Notes under the pieces: model-generated
Database searches by the model: none
Told to the model about the DNA's origin: nothing
The model's input: only the letters and a program-made list of their open reading frames with translations
Made by a program: the position numbers and the translations under genes
Origin: a virus
Length of the DNA stretch: 64,000 bases
Strand: one strand, 5' to 3'
IMG/VR virus record: IMGVR_UViG_3300000216_000003
Coordinates: 42,481 to 106,480 of that record
Part shown: positions 1 to 8,852 of the stretch, one piece after another
Position numbering within the stretch: the first letter of the stretch is position 1
Layout: every line of letters begins with the position of its first letter

Positions 1-389
1 ACATCATCATTACCACGTAAAGCCTTAAATAATTTAATATATTTTTCAGGATTAATAATATGTAGATTAATATCAGGACCAAGAAGCTCACTAACATCAA
101 TATTAATAACAGCGGTACCTTTATTAATAGACTGATTAATAGTACTATTACTAATAGTAATTACACCAGTTTTTTCCAGAATACTGAGTAGTTTAGCTAA
201 TTGATCCCATTCAGCAGGACTAATCTTAGCCAGTAGAGTCTGCCCTTCTCCAAGAGCAACAGCCGGTGTGGCTACTGGTGTAGCCTCTGGTGTAGCAGCC
301 AAAGGAGCAGTTTCTTGAAGTTCAGGCATAATTAATTCTTGGGTTGGTGAAGCCTCTGCTGGAGTAGTAGATGCGAAGACGTTTGTCAT
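1..389 (-). CDS. Protein running off the window edge; Pro/Ala/Thr-rich N-terminus then a possible sliding-clamp (gp45-like) domain
   Basis: Not in ORF track. ATG at 389 overlaps the TGA of the 386..748 gene; open to base 1: MTNVFASTTPAEASP...LLSILEKTGVITISNSTINQSINKGTAVINIDVSELLGPDINLHIINPEKYIKLFKAL. The clamp call is a weak pattern match only. Confidence 0.55.
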   Translation of the reverse strand, partial: MTNVFASTTPAEASPTQELIMPELQETAPLAATPEATPVATPAVALGEGQTLLAKISPAEWDQLAKLLSILEKTGVITISNSTINQSINKGTAVINIDVSELLGPDINLHIINPEKYIKLFKALRGNDD

Positions 390-748
390 TTAGTTTCCTT
401 TTCAGTCATGATTTTATTGAAAGTGTATTTTTCCCGATTTTTATTTATAATATCTTGAATAGTTGAACATGGTTCTGTAACTTTAATATTTACGATAATG
501 CTTCCATTTGAATAATATTCTTTTTCTCTTCTAATAGTATATATACATCCGACTGATGACTTTTCTACCATCGATTCTGTTAGCCAATATTCATCGCTAT
601 GAGGATTGGTATGTAACAATACTAACCCAACACTACTAAGAATTAAGAGTGCGCTAAAAAACCAGGTTCCATAAGGAAAATTTTCAACAAAAAACATAAT
701 AGTAAAAAATAAGGACATTATACATATTATCGGTAGTGCTATTTCCAT
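386..748 (-). CDS. Two-TM membrane protein, paralog of 749..1117
   Basis: Two N-terminal hydrophobic helices; shares C-x-Y...PCSTIQ..I..NR.KY with its neighbour. Confidence 0.75.
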   Translation of the reverse strand: MEIALPIICIMSLFFTIMFFVENFPYGTWFFSALLILSSVGLVLLHTNPHSDEYWLTESMVEKSSVGCIYTIRREKEYYSNGSIIVNIKVTEPCSTIQDIINKNREKYTFNKIMTEKETK

Positions 749-1117
749 TTAATTATCACCTTCTGTACGTATGGTACTATTTAATATTTTATACTTTTTC
801 CGGTTCTCATCTATAGTAGATTGAATAGTGGAACATGGTTTATCAATATTGATAATTGTAATATCCTGTCTAGAAATACTCCATCCTTTATGTTTTCGTA
901 GTGAATAATAACAATTATTAGGGAGTTGTTGTATATATTCTTTATAATAATATGTTGGACTCCCTTTCATAATATCATAAGATTTGCCACCGGCTGCTAT
1001 TCCACCTAATAAAAACATCAAACCAACAAAATAGTGGGTTGTTTTGTTTGCGGTTAATATAAAAATTATTGCTAATGTAAGCAATACAACAGCTACAATT
1101 ATAAGAATAATATCCAT
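749..1117 (-). CDS. Two-TM membrane protein, paralog of 386..748
   Basis: Hydrophobic N-terminus; PCSTIQSTIDENRKKY. Confidence 0.75.
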   Translation of the reverse strand: MDIILIIVAVVLLTLAIIFILTANKTTHYFVGLMFLLGGIAAGGKSYDIMKGSPTYYYKEYIQQLPNNCYYSLRKHKGWSISRQDITIINIDKPCSTIQSTIDENRKKYKILNSTIRTEGDN

Positions 1118-1531
1118 TTAACAAACCTCGATTATTTCATCTGAATTTAGAAAATTCCGACGTTCAATTACTCCGAAAGTGCTATTATCAATAGTATAAT
1201 ATATCCGTTTTAATCCTATTTTATTTAAATAGTTCATACAGTGTTTACATGGTTTCGCTAGTCTGAATTTATTTGCTTTATCGATTCTAACGACTAACAT
1301 TTCCAATCCTTTTAGATCTATATATGCATTTAATACTGCGTCCTGCTCTGCATGAAGACTCCCTACCCATTTCATATATTTAGGATGTAGACGTCTTTTA
1401 CTTCTCTGAGCTGTGTTTTTACCTTTAGATATGATTTTTGATTTATTAAATATAATAGCACCTAGTTTAAATTGGTGGTCTACTTTTTTAGCTTCTTTAA
1501 CAGCCGCCGTAATGAAACTCTTTTTAAACAT
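1118..1531 (-). CDS. CMP/dCMP-type zinc-dependent deaminase
   Basis: HAE (SLHAEQDAV) and PCxxC (PCKHC) motifs. Confidence 0.85.
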   Translation of the reverse strand: MFKKSFITAAVKEAKKVDHQFKLGAIIFNKSKIISKGKNTAQRSKRRLHPKYMKWVGSLHAEQDAVLNAYIDLKGLEMLVVRIDKANKFRLAKPCKHCMNYLNKIGLKRIYYTIDNSTFGVIERRNFLNSDEIIEVC

Positions 1532-1564
1532 AAACCCCTCTTTCTATTCATTAATATGTAATTT

Positions 1565-1576
1565 ATTATATCTATA
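1565..1576 (-). promoter_or_regulatory. Phage promoter motif TATAGATAT(A/T)AT (first of 20 exact copies)
   Basis: Minus copies: 1565, 1707, 2364, 6545, 10949, 11652, 13476. Plus copies: 2434, 10991, 14066, 14690, 18555, 18763, 24947, 30623, 37380, 41573, 47030, 47746, 58953. One-mismatch variants at 61683 and 63595. All co-oriented with the downstream unit. Confidence 0.85.
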
Positions 1577-1595
1577 TATTAATAAATAAAAACAA

Positions 1596-1701
1596 GTAAA
1601 AGATCATCAATAACCGAGGTTATTAATGAAGACACAATCTTAAACTCCAGGGATTAACCCGAAGGTTAAATCTGTGAGAACTAGGACAAGTCCTAATTCT
1701 T
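1596..1701 (-). ncRNA. Candidate small structured RNA (three hairpins)
   Basis: Own promoter motif at 1707-1718; three stems including a C(UUCG)G loop; G.U pairs form only on the minus strand; U-rich tail; no ORF. Confidence 0.55.
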
Positions 1702-1748
1702 TATATATAATATCTATATCAAATCTTTGAAAACGTGGTGATTCTATA

Positions 1749-2267
1749 TTAGAAAGAATTACCAGTTACTGCACTAAATGCACTAAAGTCAACATCAGAG
1801 AACTCTAAATTATGTGAAGCAATAGTATATTCAATTGATTGTTCTTGTGCACCAAGAGTGGGTAATAGATTTCCAGTTATAGGATCTACATCCAAATTTC
1901 CATTACCAAGTGCAATAATAATTGGAAGATCTGGATTAGAATACATAAACATTGAAGTATATAGTGTGAATGCTGTTTCTACTACTTCAACATTAGTAGC
2001 GTCCATATCATCATCAACAATAATCTTTAGAAATGTAGGAGATCCATCTCTTGATATCACATTTACATAACTAGCAGCATATGCTCTTATTAATGTAAAT
2101 TTAGTAGCGTTACTTGGAAGAACAATGGACCCACTTAATAGATATTTTGGGTTTGTTAATATTGTTTTTCCACTTGATGATACTAGATCTTGTGATTCTT
2201 GATATGCAGCCCCACCTCCAGCATACTCAATAATTTTTGTTTTAGTTTCAGTGATAAGTTGTTTCAT
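1749..2267 (-). CDS. Hypothetical protein (beta-rich, possibly virion)
   Basis: 172 aa ORF downstream of promoter motif 2364-2375. Confidence 0.65.
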   Translation of the reverse strand: MKQLITETKTKIIEYAGGGAAYQESQDLVSSSGKTILTNPKYLLSGSIVLPSNATKFTLIRAYAASYVNVISRDGSPTFLKIIVDDDMDATNVEVVETAFTLYTSMFMYSNPDLPIIIALGNGNLDVDPITGNLLPTLGAQEQSIEYTIASHNLEFSDVDFSAFSAVTGNSF

Positions 2268-2481
2268 TAAATTATATACCTTTTTATATCATTTAAGAAT
2301 GTTACTAATCCTATATAGTGTATAAGACTTTAAAAAATAATATTAATATTTAGGCCCCAATATATTATATCTATATATTCCTGCTACGTAAATAAAAACA
2401 TACAAGCTATTTTTTACTTTTATCTAGTTTTGATATAGATATAATAAAATACTATTTCCTCTTTTACAAAGGATTTTTACT

Positions 2482-2649
2482 ATGAAAGCATTCCGTATTC
2501 GGAAGAACAACTATTTGTTCCTGGAAGGCTGTATACAAAACCTATTTTACTCAGAAGGAGTACCGCCACATTTCAAATTTCAACAAGAAATGCCATTTAA
2601 AAGACCATCAAAGAAAGGTGTTATATTCTTTTGTAGAAAAAAGACATAA
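2482..2649 (+). CDS. Small hypothetical protein (55 aa)
   Basis: Below ORF-track cutoff. Promoter 2434-2445, AAGGA SD, MKAFRIRKNNYLF...FCRKKT*, then hairpin 2661-2700. Confidence 0.6.
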   Translation: MKAFRIRKNNYLFLEGCIQNLFYSEGVPPHFKFQQEMPFKRPSKKGVIFFCRKKT

Positions 2650-2660
2650 AGAAATAAAGA

Positions 2661-2700
2661 AATAAAAGAGTAATCGTAATAATATACGTTACTCTTTATT
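2661..2700. terminator. Bidirectional terminator-like hairpin between convergent genes
   Basis: aataaaagagtaa...ttactctttatt inverted repeat. Confidence 0.6.
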
Positions 2701-2702
2701 TG

Positions 2703-3041
2703 TTATGACCATTTTAAAATTAGTTTTGTTATTGTTTTTTGATCCAAAGATGATTTACCATCTTTAAGCCTCTGTATCCATTCAATTTTAGATATTTCTT
2801 TATCAATAATATACCATCTATCTGGATTATCATTATTAAATATTATAGCTGGTCCATCTTCTCTATGTAATAACCCATTATTAAACCAATATTTATTTCC
2901 TGTACTTGTATTTACAAAAGCATACCCATCTTCTCTATGTAGTTCTCCGTATGTATTTGTCCATATTAAATGGTCACCATCTTCATCAGTTTCACCTTTA
3001 AGATTAGGTGGATATATGTCAATTGTATAATGTTTACTCAT
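2703..3041 (-). CDS. LHREDGPA-repeat protein
   Basis: Two LHREDG(P/Y)A repeats; tail ITKLILKWS. Confidence 0.8.
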   Translation of the reverse strand: MSKHYTIDIYPPNLKGETDEDGDHLIWTNTYGELHREDGYAFVNTSTGNKYWFNNGLLHREDGPAIIFNNDNPDRWYIIDKEISKIEWIQRLKDGKSSLDQKTITKLILKWS

Positions 3042-3043
3042 TA

Positions 3044-3379
3044 TTAACTATTCTCCAGTATGATTCTGTTGATTGTCTTTTGATCCAGAGAGGATTTACC
3101 ATCTCTTAAGTATTGAATCCATTCATCTTTCGTTATATATTCACCATCAATATACCATTCATTAATATTTCCACTTTTCCAAATGCAAGCAGGACCATCT
3201 TCTCTATGTAACACGCCTCTACAATACCAATATTCGGCACCAGTTTTATAAATAATTGCTGGTCCATTTTCTCTATGAAATAATCCATCAGAATCAGTCC
3301 ATACACGATCACCATATTTACATTCATCCCCATTTAAATTGGGAATAAATAATTCTTCATCGTATATGTCATTTGGCAT
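3044..3379 (-). CDS. LHREDGPA-repeat protein
   Basis: HRENGPA/HREDGPA; tail INRIILENS. Confidence 0.8.
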   Translation of the reverse strand: MPNDIYDEELFIPNLNGDECKYGDRVWTDSDGLFHRENGPAIIYKTGAEYWYCRGVLHREDGPACIWKSGNINEWYIDGEYITKDEWIQYLRDGKSSLDQKTINRIILENS

Positions 3380-3699
3380 TAACTATGCTCCAGTATGAGT
3401 TTTAATTCTGTATTTCGACCTAAACTAGAGGCAGCTTCTTTAAGCCATTGAAGCCACTCATCTTTTGAAATATCTATTCCATAGACATACCATCTAAGAT
3501 CATATGATTCATCAACAGCTGGACCATCTTCTCGATGTAACCACCCATGATAGAACCAATTAACATGCCCATCTGGATATATAATAGCTGGACCATCTTC
3601 ACGATGCCATCTACCTTCAGAATCAGTCCATATCATATCTCCATCTTGGTCTAATTCACCTTTAATATTGGGTTTAGTGCGTACAGTTGTATTATTCAT
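3379..3699 (-). CDS. LHREDGPA-repeat protein
   Basis: Two HREDGPA repeats; tail LKLILEHS. Confidence 0.8.
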   Translation of the reverse strand: MNNTTVRTKPNIKGELDQDGDMIWTDSEGRWHREDGPAIIYPDGHVNWFYHGWLHREDGPAVDESYDLRWYVYGIDISKDEWLQWLKEAASSLGRNTELKLILEHS

Positions 3700-4004
3700 A
3701 TATTAAGACATTTCTTAATAGATTTAATAGCAGCTTCCATCTTTAGACGGGCAGAAGAATTAGCACTATGAACTTTTAATTTGGGGCATTTAAAACTTTT
3801 ATTTAAGTGTACTTGTTCTTCAATGTATAATAAAACATCATAACCAGTACCAATACCTTCATCGTCTCCTAAGTCATGATCTAAACTAATTACAGATATC
3901 CTTTCTGGATGTTTTAGTAATGTTATTACTTCTTTAGGGGTTTTTAATAGTATCCAAGTATTATCATATGGAGTTCTTTCATCATCGAGATATATTTTCA
4001 TCAT
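3696..4004 (-). CDS. Stand-alone divergent receiver-like domain (cyclic-phosphate-processing REC type)
   Basis: KIYLDDERTP, ISLDHDLG, TGYDVL, VHSAN signature. Confidence 0.7.
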   Translation of the reverse strand: MMKIYLDDERTPYDNTWILLKTPKEVITLLKHPERISVISLDHDLGDDEGIGTGYDVLLYIEEQVHLNKSFKCPKLKVHSANSSARLKMEAAIKSIKKCLNI

Positions 4005-4264
4005 GAATTCTCCAATATTAGACGAGTAATTTTATCAATTGAAATACTCGGATTACCAGATTTAAGCCATTGTATCCATTGTTTCTTAGTCATAATATTA
4101 CCGTGATTGTAATATATTTCGAATTTATTATTAGTAATCATAGCCGGGCCATCTTCTCGATGTAGTTCTCCTTTATCATCACACCAAATTAAACCACCAT
4201 CTACAGTAGCGACACCTTGTACATTACGACGACTATGTTTTATACTATCTTCATTAAATGTCAT
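4001..4264 (-). CDS. LHREDGPA-repeat protein
   Basis: LHREDGPA; tail ITRLILENS. Confidence 0.8.
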   Translation of the reverse strand: MTFNEDSIKHSRRNVQGVATVDGGLIWCDDKGELHREDGPAMITNNKFEIYYNHGNIMTKKQWIQWLKSGNPSISIDKITRLILENS

Positions 4265-6241
4265 GATTCCTCCAATATTAATCCAATTAATTCATTTCGC
4301 TCTTTTCTTGTTATATTTTTAATATTATCTAAAATATACCTAGCATCTTCTCCCCTCAATTCTGAAGTTTTTATATTTATAACAACTCCATTATCCCAAA
4401 TATTTAATAATCCATGCATAATATCTAATATTTTTCTAAAATCTAAATCATAATCATCAAACTCATTTGTAAAAATAGTTATATCCATATTACTAGAATA
4501 CTTATTCTCATCTAAACATACTCTAAATAATTCAGTTTCTAGTGTAATTTTGATCATTTTAGTAACATATGTAATAACTTTTTCTTCTGCCGCTTCTCGT
4601 CTCGATATCACGATTGCTCCAATAGATGTCTTCTGAGTGAATTCTCTTCTTCTGAAGAAAGATTTTTACTTCTATTTAACATATCTCTAGTTTGACAATT
4701 ATTCAATATATCTGCTCTAACTGATATATTTATTATATCAGCACCGAAAAATACATCAGGGTCTAGAATATCCCTCCTAATTATATTATACCAATATTCT
4801 GATATATTAATATAGGATTCAAAATTCAAATCTTTAATCGGTAGATACCGGATAGAAATAGCCGTAATATTATAATCTGTTGTTGTAGTATATTTTACTA
4901 TAAACAGATTAGATCCGATAGTCTTCTGAACTAGTTTTTTAACTTCTTTTATTAATTGATCAGTTGTCACGATTGTTCCAATAGATGTCTATTTAACATA
5001 TTAGTTTCTTTATTGGAAAGATTTGGTATTATTCGGAATATATCCATTATTTGTTTTTTCTCTAATATATTAGTATTAATAATTAAATGCTTAATTTTAT
5101 TATATGTTTTACTATCTCTAAACATATCTTCTATTTTATGTTTCAAATATTCATCAGTTGGAATAGTTCCAAGTAGAATATTACCTCTCATAATAGTAAT
5201 AACTTCAGATTGTAGATACCATATAGTTAAATACATAGTATTATTAATTCTAGAAGTATCTAATATGAAAAGTCGGTTGCCTAGTATATTTCGACATATA
5301 GTTCTTGTATTTCTAATTATCTCTTTTTCAGTCATGATTGCTCCAATATCACTCTATTTAATCTAATCGTTTCTTTAACTGTAATAGAAGGGATAGTATC
5401 TAAAAGATGTAAAACTGCTGCTTTATTTAATTCTTCAAACACTATCTTTATTCTAATCCCTCTCATATCTCCAGTTTGAACAATTGCACCTCTCATAATT
5501 GGAATCTTCCATTTTACAGAGTTTTGCATCATTCTTCGTTGAATAAACATACGATTATTAGAAGTATTAGCTTCATGATCTACAAATATTCGAATATAAC
5601 AATCAAATGGTTTAATACTGTTCCATTGTATTGTATGGTTATAATCGATTGCAAATAATCTATTTGGCAGTATCATTTTAGCTATCATAGTTACGTCATT
5701 TTTTATCTTATTTAATCTACTTAATCTAGATCTATATACTAATTCACCAGTCTCTCTAGGAGATATAAAAGGGGGTGTTGATATACTACGAGGCATAGCC
5801 GGTATTGCGAATACGGGTATTCCTGGTTCTATGATTGGATTTTCTTCATAAGACTTTATCCACATATCATGAAACGATTTTAAACTAAACATTCTAAGAA
5901 TCCTCCAATATTATACGAGTTAATATATTCTTTTCATAACTAGTAATATCATAAAGAGTATCAAGAAGAGATTGGGCTTCTTCCCTCCCCAATTTATTTA
6001 TGGTTATATCTTCTACTCTTGCTCTTTTATCTGTTATTCCAGTATTTATTAATTGTTGTAGATTGTATAATAAAACAACTGATATTGAATCTTTATTTAT
6101 ATGAGATATTTTAATTTTTACTTCATTATATTTTATACTTTTCTTTATCTTAAATAATCTAGTATTTGTCATTACTTCTATTATATAATACATACTATTC
6201 TTTATTGTATCTAAGTGAACCCTTTTTTGAGAAGATATCAT
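4261..6241 (-). other. Tandem array of five paralogous hypothetical genes (4261-4611, 4608-4970, 4967-5335, 5332-5892, 5894-6241)
   Basis: Shared N-terminal (R/N)LF motif and C-terminal L...N(I/L)(S/T)..E...L.R.(I/L)LE.S; stop/start overlaps. Confidence 0.75.
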
Positions 6242-6510
6242 ATATTTTCCAGTAATGCTTTAGTAATTATATTTAACGGCAACTTTGAATGTTTTTTAAT
6301 CCAATTTCTCCAATCTTCTTTACTAAGACTCCTCCCATGTATGTAAAATAGATCATCCTTATTAATATTTCCTCTTATAATAGCAGGGCCTTCTTCTCTA
6401 TGTAATTTCTTATCTTTTCTGTAATAACAATTACCAAAAGGATCAATATATTGTATATCTAGTGTTATCCTTGCTATCTCAGTTATTACTGTAATATCAT
6501 CCCGATCCAT
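6238..6510 (-). CDS. LHREDGPA-repeat protein, first gene of the operon
   Basis: LHREEGPA; tail ITKALLENI; promoter motif 6545-6556. Confidence 0.8.
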   Translation of the reverse strand: MDRDDITVITEIARITLDIQYIDPFGNCYYRKDKKLHREEGPAIIRGNINKDDLFYIHGRSLSKEDWRNWIKKHSKLPLNIITKALLENI

Positions 6511-6572
6511 ATTAACCCCTATATATAGAATGTGAATATATTGTATTATATCTATATAAGACGAAATAAAAA

Positions 6573-6599
6573 GTGGTGAGACCTTGATGATCTCACCAC
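6573..6599 (-). terminator. Intrinsic terminator
   Basis: gtggtgaga...tctcaccac stem followed by a T-run on the minus strand. Confidence 0.65.
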
Positions 6600-6605
6600 G
6601 GTAAA

Positions 6606-6851
6606 CTAACCGATAACGACTAGTTTTAGTTGTGTATTTTTTGGAGTTGAAGTCATATCAAGAGTAATCTCAATACTATCTTCAGTAATAGTATCGATAC
6701 CCCAATCAAAAGCTTCTTTCCATAATTCTGTTTCTTTATATCTATAATAGACAAAACAAACAACATCTGTTGTATTTAATTCATGATATAATGTATGTTG
6801 AGTTTTATCACAAACCCATTCAAATACTTCCTTCTTTACACAACCGCTCAA
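6606..6851 (-). CDS. Small beta-domain protein (resembles tail-fibre-associated H.L.T.DV repeats)
   Basis: HELNTTDVVCFVY...SIEIT...LKLVVIG. Confidence 0.55.
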   Translation of the reverse strand: MSGCVKKEVFEWVCDKTQHTLYHELNTTDVVCFVYYRYKETELWKEAFDWGIDTITEDSIEITLDMTSTPKNTQLKLVVIG

Positions 6852-7249
6852 GCGACACGCATCAATAGACGATCGCTAAGGACTTTAGCGATACCTGAAT
6901 TAGTTTCTGCTAACTCAGTGTCTGATAAATATGGTAGAAGTTCAATAAAATTAGAACCAATACGAGTAAAGGTAACTGAGTGTTTCGAACTGTAGAAATC
7001 TACAGAGGATACCATATAACCAGAGCTCAACCACATTAGAGTATGGTAATGATGATATTTTCCAGGAGCATCTTTATCTGGATGTGGATCATTAGACCAG
7101 AATAATGCGTTCATATGATCAGTAGCGCTCTTAGGCAATGTAAATCCTAGAATATTCTCTAGTTCTTCCATTGATAATTTAACACGCTGTGTAGTCTTTT
7201 CAGAAAGGTAAGTATGTAATGGTTTGTATTTTGATTTAACCTTCGTCAT
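6848..7249 (-). CDS. Putative DNA-binding protein (SKY.PL..YL...LP.SA...W.N family)
   Basis: SKYKPLHTYL, ELENILGFTLPKSA, FWSN; related domain at the N-terminus of 7529..8287. Confidence 0.6.
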   Translation of the reverse strand: MTKVKSKYKPLHTYLSEKTTQRVKLSMEELENILGFTLPKSATDHMNALFWSNDPHPDKDAPGKYHHYHTLMWLSSGYMVSSVDFYSSKHSVTFTRIGSNFIELLPYLSDTELAETNSGIAKVLSDRLLMRVA

Positions 7250-7496
7250 CTGATAAGTCTCCTTGGGGTTGTGGTGTATCTCTAGAACAATAACGCTCTA
7301 GAAGTAGTGGTTCTTTGTTAAATAATCCAAGTATACATGATACTTCGTTAATAGGTCTGTTTGAATTAAGTGCTTCTTTTTTAATATTTTCTATTTGTTG
7401 TAATTTTTGTTCTTCATGCTTATATCTAAGAACATCTTCAGATGTATCACTTTTATACATAAATATTATCATAACTATAATAGTTAGTGCAACCAT
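7236..7496 (-). CDS. Membrane-anchored hypothetical protein
   Basis: N-terminal hydrophobic helix; the true start may lie slightly upstream. Confidence 0.6.
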   Translation of the reverse strand: MVALTIIVMIIFMYKSDTSEDVLRYKHEEQKLQQIENIKKEALNSNRPINEVSCILGLFNKEPLLLERYCSRDTPQPQGDLSDDEG

Positions 7497-7528
7497 TATA
7501 CCTAATATAATATCACTCCAATTGATAT

Positions 7529-8287
7529 TTATAATGTTCTCGCAATATGTGTAATCAAGGATACTTTCTCTTCTTTATTTAAAGCATCAATCCCATTAAT
7601 AATAATATCATATACTTGCCCTGGTGCATATTGAGCTTCTTGCTCATGTGTTACTACTTCTTGTTCGTGAATAATTGGATTAATATAGTTATTGTAATCT
7701 GCTAATTGTTCATCACGAGGCAAAAGACATTCATGTTTATCAAGATAGTCGAATAGATATTTCTTAAACTTCAATGCTTCATGTTCTGCTGCTTCAATAG
7801 TTCCACAAGAATGTATAGAGAAGAATTTACATAGATCAACACCTGGATTATAATTAATATTCCACCGAACACCAAAATTTTTACCACTTGAAGGTTTTTC
7901 TAAAACATCAGGTCGGCCTTTAACTGTACAACCATTAATCCATGCTGATGGGCGATTACTTTTTTGTTTAGGTGTATCGTAATGTGATCCCCTTTTAATA
8001 ATGTCAACATTTATAATAGTTTCTTCTTTGGTTCTATCTTTATTAGTATTAGGAAATATATCTTTGGGAGTTCGTACTTTATACCCCATACTGAATAAAG
8101 TAATAGACATACGTTGATCTTCTATTGTCCACCAGCGATTATGTCTTCTGGCTGAGGGCGGTAGAGATTGTCCAGTAAATCGTTCAAGAGTATTTAAAGA
8201 TAGTGATGTTTTATCTTTTGAAAAATCATTAGTAATAACTTCAATATATTCTTTTAATAATGGATCACTATAATTAAAATCTGGCAT
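7529..8287 (-). CDS. Two-domain putative DNA-binding protein (LPPSA...WW domain plus AP2-like domain)
   Basis: LERFTGQSLPPSARRHNRWW; KFFSIHSCGTIEAAEHEALKFK. Confidence 0.55.
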   Translation of the reverse strand: MPDFNYSDPLLKEYIEVITNDFSKDKTSLSLNTLERFTGQSLPPSARRHNRWWTIEDQRMSITLFSMGYKVRTPKDIFPNTNKDRTKEETIINVDIIKRGSHYDTPKQKSNRPSAWINGCTVKGRPDVLEKPSSGKNFGVRWNINYNPGVDLCKFFSIHSCGTIEAAEHEALKFKKYLFDYLDKHECLLPRDEQLADYNNYINPIIHEQEVVTHEQEAQYAPGQVYDIIINGIDALNKEEKVSLITHIARTL

Positions 8288-8357
8288 TTAAAAATTTCCT
8301 ATTAAATTAAAACAGACGCAATCGCTAGTATAAGCCGACTGCGCCGTTAGTGGGAAG

Positions 8358-8852
8358 TTAAGGTCTTCTGCAGACCTTTTTACGGCCAGGCCATTGTTTT
8401 TTAGAACAGTCTTGACCAAGTTTTTGTAATTTTTGTATTACTTCGCCTATTGGGTTATTATATGGAAAGAAGCTACCATCATGCATATTCATATTCAATT
8501 CATAATGTATAATAGTACATACTCCAATTCCTTTATCTCCAACTGGAAGTTTAGCAACAAAATGAATATCTTCTTCTCCAGTTAAAATCATTAAACCATG
8601 GCGCAATCGAGATAAGACAATATTCATTTGCTTATCAGAATTAGTTCGACCAATATAGATGGGTGCTCCGGGTTTAATATTTTCTGGGTTCTCTCCAGCC
8701 TTTTTACAGAGTGCGGCAATATAAACTTGATCTTGTTTTTCAATTGGACGGGAATCTGATTTTGAATTTTTCATTGCTACATCTAATACTTTATCAATAG
8801 AAAGCAAATTCACAGTTATAATCCCTAATAAGTTTGAAATGTTGAAATCCAT
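8358..8852 (-). CDS. Hypothetical protein
   Basis: 164 aa ORF followed by a terminator-like hairpin at about 8312-8348. Confidence 0.6.
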   Translation of the reverse strand: MDFNISNLLGIITVNLLSIDKVLDVAMKNSKSDSRPIEKQDQVYIAALCKKAGENPENIKPGAPIYIGRTNSDKQMNIVLSRLRHGLMILTGEEDIHFVAKLPVGDKGIGVCTIIHYELNMNMHDGSFFPYNNPIGEVIQKLQKLGQDCSKKQWPGRKKVCRRP

